This document shows positions 55,633-64,000 of a stretch of 64,000 bases of DNA, in pieces. Made by a program: the position numbers and the translations under genes. The notes beneath the pieces were generated by a model, which saw only the letters and a program-made list of their open reading frames with translations, searched no databases and was not told the DNA's origin. Each line of letters starts with the position of its first letter. The first letter of the stretch is position 1. The stretch spans positions 8,432,001 through 8,496,000 of the forward strand of contig NC_090389.1 of NCBI RefSeq assembly GCF_036365525.1, in the 5' to 3' direction. The DNA is from Heterodontus francisci (lineage: Eukaryota).

Positions 55633-58380
55633 AGACCTGCCAGGAGAACAGAGGAAGACAGTTGATATCTCTCTTTGAAGAATTCCTGCATCAAGTTGTA
55701 CTATTGCCTCTTGTATTTGAAGAAATCCTGTATGTTTGCAGAAAACCTTGCATCTTTGAAGGAACTTTCCATTGAATGTGTGGGAACTGAAGTCTTTGTT
55801 GTTGCACACCTGATGTAAGACCTATGTGAAACCTTCTGTAGCTGCATCTCTTGAAAGCCAGACTGTTCACCAACATTGCCTGGAAAGAACTGTTCCAGGC
55901 AGATTCCTAGTGGTAGCCAGCTATTCACCTTTGGGACACCTTGCCAAAACATAGGACTTCCACGTCGTTTCAGTCTAATTTTTTTTATTCCTTCTATTTC
56001 TTAATAACAGCTGTAAACAAAAATCCCTTTTTTCCCGGTTAAACGTTTGTGTATGAGAATGTTTGTATGAGGGCTAGGATAAAAATAAGGGGTTTTAATA
56101 TTTCAATTCATGTGTATGTTTACTTTATTATTGGTTAAGACTTGGTTTATAATAAACGGATAGTTTTGTTGTTTATTCAAAAAACTTGATTGGTGTGCTT
56201 TATTCTGGGGGGAAAATAAGAGTATCTGATTGACGGTTTTAGTAAGTAGGAAAATTTAAATATATATTGTGATCTGTGGAGAAGTGGGACTGAGTTAACA
56301 GTGCACTCCTCCTGCCTTAGTCGTAACACTATTTACATGCCGGTGCAAGATTTTTGGGTTCCCTTTTATGTTAACTGCCATTCTATTCTCATATTCTCTC
56401 TTTGCCAGTCTTACTTTCCTCTTCAACTGCCATCTCAACTTACTGTATTTGGCCTGGTTCTCACTTGAAGAATTCACCTGACATGCAGCATACGCCCTCT
56501 TTTTTTGTTTCTTCATAATCTCTATCTCCCTTGTCATCCATGAAGCCCTGCTTTTGGTTCCTTTACCTTTTGCCCTTGTTGGAATGTACCTAGCCTGTAC
56601 CTGAAACATTGCTTTAAAATAACCCACTGTTCTGATACAGCTCTTCCTGTCAGTGTTTGGTTCGATTTTACCCTGGCTAGATCCCTTCTCTTCGCGTTGA
56701 AATTAGCCCTCTTCCAATCTGGATGTTCTACCTTATTTCGTTCCATGCTTTTCTGCATTACTGGTCTAAACTTTATGGTATGATGATCACTCTTACCCAT
56801 GTGCTGTCGACAGGCACTTGGTCCACTTGGCCCACCTCATTTCCCAGCACCAGATCCAGCAATGCCTCCTTTCTAGTTGGGCCGAGAACATACTAGTCAA
56901 GGAAGTTCCCCTCTACACATTTCAGAAATTCCTCCCCCTCTCTACACTTTACTCTAGAATTATCCCAATCGATATTTAGGTAATTAAAGTCCCCAAAATC
57001 ACCACTCTATAGTTCTTGCTCATCTCGTGATTTTCCTGCAGTTTTGCTTCTCTATCTCTCTCACTATTTGGAGGCTTATAGAATAACCCTAGTAGCATGA
57101 TCATATCCTTTTTGTTTCTCATTTCTAACCAAATGGATTCTGTTCTTGTCTCCTCAAGGACATCCCCTCTTTCCAACAATACACTATCTTCCCTAATCAG
57201 TACTGCCACCTCACCTCCCTTTTTTCCTTCTCTATCTTTTCTGAACACTTTATATCCTTGAATATTAAGCACCCGGTCCTCACCATTTTTAAGCCATGTT
57301 TCTGTTATTGCTACATCATAGTCCCATACTGCTATTCGTGCTTGAGGCTCACCAACCTTATTCACCACAATTTGTGCATTCACATACATGCATTGTAATC
57401 CTGTCTTTGCATTCCTCGTAGTCCTTCTCAGTCCGTTCCCATCTATTACGGAACTACTCCTTCTCTAGTACTGTATAACACTCCCACATTATGCACCCTA
57501 TTCCTTGTTTCTACTTCTATATGCTGGTGCCTACCCCCTGCCAATTTAGTTTAGCCCTCCCAACCACATAGTGAATCTCGCCGCAAGGATATTAGTCCCA
57601 GTCCTGTTAAGGTGAAACCCATCCCTTTTGTATTAGTTCCTTCTGCCCCAGAACTGGTTCCAATGCCCAACAATCTGAAGCCCTCCCTCCCGCTCCACAC
57701 CTCCAGCCACACATTGATCCTCCCTATTGTCCTATTTCTACTCTTGCTAGCCTGTGGCACTGGAAGTAATCCAGAGATTACTACCTTCAAGGTCCTACTC
57801 TTCAACTTCCTTCCTAGCTCCTGAAAATCTGACCTTGCTATGTCATTGGTATCACAACTTCTGGCTCACTCCCTTCCCCCTGCAGAATATCCTGCACTGT
57901 CTCCGTGATATCCTTTACCCTGACACTAGGGAGGCAACTCACCATGTGGGACTCAAGATAATGGTTATAGAAATGCCTAACTGTGCCCCTGAGTAAGGGA
58001 TCACCTATAACAACTACATTTTTGCCCTTTACTGCTCCCTCCTGTATAGACCCATGGCCACTGGCACGATGGACTGGACTGCACTCCTTCAAGGTGTCGT
58101 CACTCCCAGCCATCTCCAAAGCTGAATACCTGTTCAGGAGCGGCGCACAACCTGAAGACTTCTAAACTTCCTGCCTCTTTGTTCTCTTCCTCATGGCCAC
58201 CCACCTACAATCCTGAGCTGCTACTACTGTGTCAGTGGGTATGTGCACTGCCCACTAGTACTGAACTCTGCAGAACATGAAGTTGCGATTGCCAGGTTTG
58301 ACTCCCAACTGAGATCGCTAGATTTTGTTGGGCATGGTATCAAGGAATATGGAGCCGAGGCAGATAAATGAAGTTCAGGT

Positions 58381-61300
58381 ACATAGAAACATAGAAAGTT
58401 TACGGAACAGAAAGAGACCATTCAGCCCATTATCTCTGCGCCATCTGAAAAAACTAGCCACCCACTAGCCGCTCATTCTAATCCCACCTTCTAGCACCCA
58501 GTCCGTACCCTTGCAGGTTACAGCACTTCAGGTGCAGATCCAGGTACCTTTTAAATTAGTTGAGAGTTTCTGCCTCTACCACCGATCCGGGCAGCGAATT
58601 CCAGACACCCAGCAATCCTTCTACCAATCACCTTAAAACTGTGCCCCCTGGTAATTGACCTTTCTGCTAGGGATGACAGGTCCTTCCTGTCTACTCTATC
58701 TCGGCCCCTCATAATTTTGTACGCCTCAAATAAATCACCCCTCAGCCTTCTCTGTTCTCAGCAAAACAACCCTACCTATCCAATCTTTCCTCACAGCTGC
58801 AATTTTCCAGCCTTGGCAACATTCTTGTAAATCTCCTCTGTACTCTCTCCAGAACAATTATGTCCTTCCTGTAATGTGGTGACCAGAACTGTGTGCAATA
58901 CTCCAGCTGTGGCCTAACCAGCATTTTATACAGTTCCAGCATTACATCCCTGCTTTTGTATTCTATACCTCGGCCAATAAAGGAAAGCGTTCCATATGCC
59001 TTCTTCACCACTTTATCTACCTGTCCTGCCACCTTCAGGGACCTGTGGACATGCACTCCAAGATCTCTCATTTCCTCTACCCCTCTCAATATCCTCCCTT
59101 TAATTATGTATTCCCTAGTTTTGTTTGCCCTCCCCAAATGCATCACCTCACACATTTCCGGATTGAATTCCATTTGCCACTTTTCCGCCCACTCAACCAA
59201 ACCATTGATTTCATTCTTGAGTCTACAGCTATCCTCTTCACTATCAACTACACGGCCAATTTTGTGTCCTCTACAAATTTCCCAATCATGTCTTCCACAT
59301 TTGAGTCCAAATCATTAATATATACCACAAACAGCAAGAGACCCAACACTGAGGCTTGTAGAATGCCAGTGGAAACCACTTTCTATCCGCAAAAACATCC
59401 GTCGACCATTACCCTTTGTTTCCTGTCACTGAGCCTATTTTGGATCCGACTCAGCACATTCCCCTGTATCCCATGGGCTTTTACTTTTCTGACCAGTCTG
59501 CCATGTGGGACCTTGTCAAATGCCTTACTAATATCCATGTGGACAACATCCACTGCATTACCCTCATCAATCCTCCTTGAAATTTTCTCAAAATATTCAA
59601 TTAGGTTAGTAAGACATGACCTTCCCTTAACAAATCCATGCTGACTATCCCTGATTAATCCGTGCCTTTCTAGGTGGCAGTTTATCCTGTCTCTCAGAAT
59701 TGATTCTAATAATTTGCCCACCACCAAGGTCAGACTGACCGGCCTATAATTATTTGACCTATCCCTTGCACCCTTTTTAAACAATGGTACATCGTTCGCA
59801 GACCTCCAATCCTCTGGGACCTCATCTGTATCTGGTGAGGATTTGAAAATGATCATCAGAGCATCCACGATTTCCTCCCTAGCAATAAATCTATCCGGCC
59901 CTGCTGATTCATCCACTTTCAAGGAGGTCAGACCCCCTAGTACTTCCTCTCTCATTATGCTTATCGTATCTAATATTTCACACTCCTCCTCTTTAACTAC
60001 AATGTTGGCATCATCCCTCTCCTTTGTGAAGACAGGGACAAAGTACTCATTAGGAACCCTTCCCACATCTTCTGCATCCACGCATAAGTTATCTGTACAT
60101 CTCTGATAGGCCCTATCCATCCTTAGTTATTCTCTTGCTCTTAATGGACTGACAAACATCTTTGGGTTTTCCTTGATGTTGCTTACCAATAATTTTTCAT
60201 GTCCTGTCTTTGCTTTCCTAATTTCCTTTTTTACTTCACCCCTGCACTTTCTATACTCCTCTAGGCTTTCTAAAGTATTTATTTTTTTGTGACTGTCATA
60301 AGCTTTCTTTTTCTGCTTTATCCTATCCTGTACACTTCTCGATAACCAGGGGGCTCTCGATTTGGCTGTACCACCCTTTTTCTTTGTGGGGACATGTCTA
60401 CATTGTGCCAATACAATTTCATTTTTGAATGCCTCCCACTAGTTGATCACTGATTTTCCTTCAAGTAGCTGTATCCAGTCCACTTTGCCAGATCACCTCT
60501 CAGCTTCGTAAAATTTGCTTTTCCCCGTTTAGAACTTTTACTCCTGTTCTATCTTTGTCCTTTTCGATAATAATCCTAAATCTAACTATCATGGTCACTA
60601 TCTCCAAAATGATCACCCATTGCTACTTCATCCACTTACCTAGCTTCATTTTCTAAAACTAAATCTAGATTTGCACCCCCTCTTGTTGGGCATGTTACAT
60701 GCTGGCTAAAAAAGTTCTCACGAGTGCAGTTCATGAATTTTGTGCCTTCTGTGCCCTTCACACTATTTGTATCCAAGCTGATATTAGGGTAGTTAAAATA
60801 CCCTATTGTTTTTGCACTCAGAAATTTGCCTGCAGATTTGTTGTTCTATCTCCCTCTCACTATCTGGGGCTCTATAGCACACTCTAGTAGGTTGGCTGCC
60901 CCTTTTTTAATTTGTGTGCTCAACCCATATGGCCTCATTTGATGATTCATTTAGCATATCATCCCTCCACACAGCTGTAATTGATTCTTTAACTAATAAT
61001 GCTACACCCCCTCCGTTTTATCCCCCTCTCTATCCTGCCTGAAAACTCGATATCCAGGATGTTGCGCTTCCATTTTTTGCCACTCTTTAAGCCAAGTTTC
61101 TGTTATAGCAATGATATCATGCTGCCATGTGTCTATCTGTGCCCTCAACTCATCAGCTTTATTTTCGAGACTCCTTAAACAAATACCTTTCAACACTGCC
61201 AAATTCCTGTGCTGTACACTTTTTAACCTTTGCTTCTTCTGTCTTTGAGTCACTCACTAACTTTCTGCCTCCCATTCCCTGCTCTGAATTTGTCCTATCT

Positions 61301-62050
61301 GAAATTGCCCTCAGGTTCCCATCCCCCTGCCAATCTAGTTTAAACCATCCCCAATAGCACTAGCAAACCTTCCTGCAAGGATATTCTTCCTGGTCCTGTA
61401 CATCTGACTTGTACAGGCCCAACCTTCCCCTGAAGCAGTCCCAGTGTCCCAGAAATCTGAAGCCCGCCCTCCTGCACCATCTCTCCAGACACCCATTTTC
61501 TATACTTTCTATACTCACCAGCACATGGCCTTGGGAGTAATTGGAGATTATTATCTTTGAGGTCCTGCTTGCTAATCTCTTTCCTAACTCCCTAAACTCA
61601 GCCTGAAGGACCTCATCCTTTTTTCTACCTATATTGTGGATCACGACCTCTGGCTGTGTACCCTCACCCTCCAGAATGCTCTGTAACCGCTCGGTGATAT
61701 CCATGATCCTTGCACCAGGGAGGCAACATACCATTCTGGAATCACATCAGTGATCACACAAACGGCTGTCTGTTTCCTAAATATAGAATCCCCTACCACT
61801 ATTGCTCTCCTGTCTTTTCTCCTCCCTCCCTGCACAGCTCAGTCACCCATGGTGCTCTGGTTATGACTCTCACTGCACTCTCCAGAGGAACCCTCTCTCC
61901 CGTTGGTACTCAGAACTGAATACCGGTTAGAAAGTGGAATGCCTTCCAGGGACTCCTGCGCTACATGCCTTGTCTCTCTTGTCTGTCTGGCAGACACCCA
62001 GTCCCTCTCTACCTACGCTCTCTGAAGCTGCGGGGTGACCACCTCCTGAA
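58381..62050 (-). mobile_element. Near full-length decayed CR1 (ORF1 part to 3' tail)
   Basis: IVVGDS, CCLPGA, ITETW, a 245-aa RT ORF (59383-60120), LVRPQLEYC, and a (catagaaa)n tail. Confidence 0.9.
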
Positions 62051-63069
62051 ACAGAAACAGGCGGCTGAAACTCTCAACTCATTGAAACAGTACCTGGATC
62101 TGCAGCTGAAGTGCTACAGACCAGGTGCTGGAAGGTGGGATTAGAATGGGCAGCTAGTTTTTTCAGTCGGCATAGACACGATGGGCTGAATGGCCTCTTT
62201 TTGTGCCGTAACTTTTTTATGGTTCTCTGGTTCATTTCTTCTAATGTACATTTGCATTTTGTGAATGTGTAGTGTAAAATCACCTTGTTGCTTTTCTCTG
62301 AATTACCCTGGATGGTAGCAATCTAGTTTTAAAGGAGGGTCACTCACAATGATACCACCACATTTCAAACAGTGATTTCCCAGCAATCTTTATATGGAGA
62401 TATCCCATCATACTCAGACGGAATGGAGTGTCCTTGAGATGCTTCCCAGTACGTGCATCAACTTAACCAGTAGCTTCACATCAACTGGATACCTTCACTG
62501 AATGTGCGCTGCACGAGTCAGCAGTACCTCTCATTTGTTCACATTGAAATACAGCTGTTGTTTTCTCATCCACCTGTTCAATATTCCCAGTTTTCTTGGA
62601 ACACTGTTGCTCTCCCTTGCACCAGCCACCTGCCACAGGGCACAACAGATCCCAACAAAACCACACACACACATAAACAATCCACTGATCATTTCCTGCT
62701 TTGCATTGCCAAGACAGATTAAAGTCCTTTTGTTTCACGTTTGTTTGCTTTGCTGTGGATTTTCAGCAATCTCTGTTTTGATTTACATTCAGTTATCTAA
62801 TTTCTCATTAACACCACGAACCCGAACAGCCTGACTGGTGTTGCAGGGTAAGCTTTCTCTTTGAATGGTGACATGTTTCCAATTGAGTGACATCAGCCAA
62901 ATCGCTAATTTGCAGTTTAACTTTAATCTTAATATCAAGAGTTGGGGAAAACACACAGCACAGGGCTGAGGAAAACAACAACTTGTATTTAGATAACACC
63001 GTAAAATATTCCAAAGCCCTTCACAGGAACACAAGCTGACAAAAGTTGAAACTGAGCCCAAGAACAAGC

Positions 63070-63308
63070 CATTAAGCAGATTAGAGAGAATGCCACCATG
63101 AATTTGTAAAAGGTATCACATGTCTAACGAACCTAATTGAACTTTTTTTTGAGAAGTAACTAAAGTAGTAGACAGGGAAATGTGGTGGACTCTCAGAAGG
63201 CATTTGATAAGTTTCCACTTGAGTGACTGTTAGCTAAAATTAAAGCAAATGGAATTGAAGGCAAATTATTGACCTGGTTAGGAGATAGAAGGCAGAGAGT
63301 AGGGATAA
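63070..63308 (+). mobile_element. CR1 RT fragment
   Basis: KGITCLTNLIE...KAFDKFP...WLGDRRQRV. Confidence 0.7.
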
Positions 63309-64000
63309 AGGCCCGGATTTCGTGGTCAGTGACGAACGAATGGCGCTTGCCACTTACATTCAGCAAAGATTTTCTGTGGACTTTTGAACTGCAATTTGCA
63401 CTAATTAAAGAGCCAAAACAGCAAACACCTCCTTATAGGGGATCTGGGACCAAATAAACAGAGAAAGCAACAGTGTGTCCCCTTAACCAATCAGACTGAA
63501 GAATCCTTATTGAGATTCGCGGTGTCTAAACCAAGAAGTGTTAGTTAGCAGAGCTAATCCAATACCAAATCATATATAGAAAGAAATATAAAAAGAGGCA
63601 AAGAAAGATGGGATTAAGAGAGAGATAAAGGAGACAGAAAAGGTTAAAAAAAACCTTTTTTAAAATTCCCAACAATTAAATTCTGAAGGAATGATACTTC
63701 ACACATTTAAAAGTAAATTTTCAGTGCCAGAGAGTTTGTTTGGCAGTAATTCAGGCTAATCAGCGTTACAAAAATCGTTTACACTTGAATGGACAAGCCC
63801 TAACTTTTTCTGGTATGCTTAGTGGATATATAATGGGTAAGTACTGCAACTTCATGCCCTTGATATACTTCAATGCATCTTGGCAGGGTACTGTTATAGT
63901 TTCTGGAGCAGTAGGGCAGCTTGGACAGCAATTTCCTGATTTAAAGGTTTAAGTGCACATGTACCGATGATGGATGTTGCTGTGGGATTCATTCCTTAAT
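63309..64000. mobile_element. Probable Harbinger-type non-autonomous element running off the window
   Basis: Abrupt start ggcccggatttcgtgg resembles the GGGC.GGATTT TIRs at 4096 and 43068. Confidence 0.45.

Larger units (their letters stand above)
54188..56328. mobile_element. Solo LTR (Gypsy-type) with two nested insertions
   Basis: Inverted termini tgttacg...cgtaaca and a 4-bp TSD ctat (54184-54187 and 56329-56332). The flanks rejoin as CR1. Confidence 0.82.
53255..58310 (-). mobile_element. CR1 (ORF1 to RT), decayed; split by a solo LTR
   Basis: VVIGDPLLRG, KVVISGLLPVP, WDYDVAITETW, EDWRVANVTPLFKKG, SKFADGTKL. Confidence 0.88.

Noticed and set aside
62348-62460. Possible minus-strand exon ending at gtgagt
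   Set aside because: The acceptor is poor and the peptide is unrecognised.

Overview
Non-coding-looking vertebrate genomic DNA, almost certainly from a cartilaginous fish (shark/ray): it carries an HE1-type V-SINE, Deu-domain (SacSINE1-like) SINE pieces and many CR1/HER1-like LINEs. Most of the window is nested transposable elements. These include CR1 LINEs (mostly minus strand, one with an uninterrupted ORF2), a second CR1/L2-group LINE with a partner SINE, L2, Tx1/L1 3' ends, two Penelope-like inverted pairs, Harbinger elements (Myb/SANT gene plus transposase), pogo and hAT remnants, a rearranged Gypsy element and a solo LTR. There are also two long minisatellites. No host gene is confidently recognised; a low-confidence minus-strand exon chain is offered. 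The most interesting signals are: (1) a U_UUA_AAC slippery heptamer at the CR1 ORF1/ORF2 junction, with an AUG-less ORF2 in the -1 frame, suggesting programmed frameshifting; (2) a tRNA-Lys/tRNA-Ser/CR1-tail chimera that looks like a dimeric-tRNA SINE or a retroposed dicistronic pre-tRNA; (3) a 2-kb near-perfect Penelope palindrome whose spacer is three tandem copies of an internal 40-mer, with minimal hammerhead ribozyme motifs in the arms. Family names come from recalled motifs rather than database searches, and boundaries of old elements are approximate.
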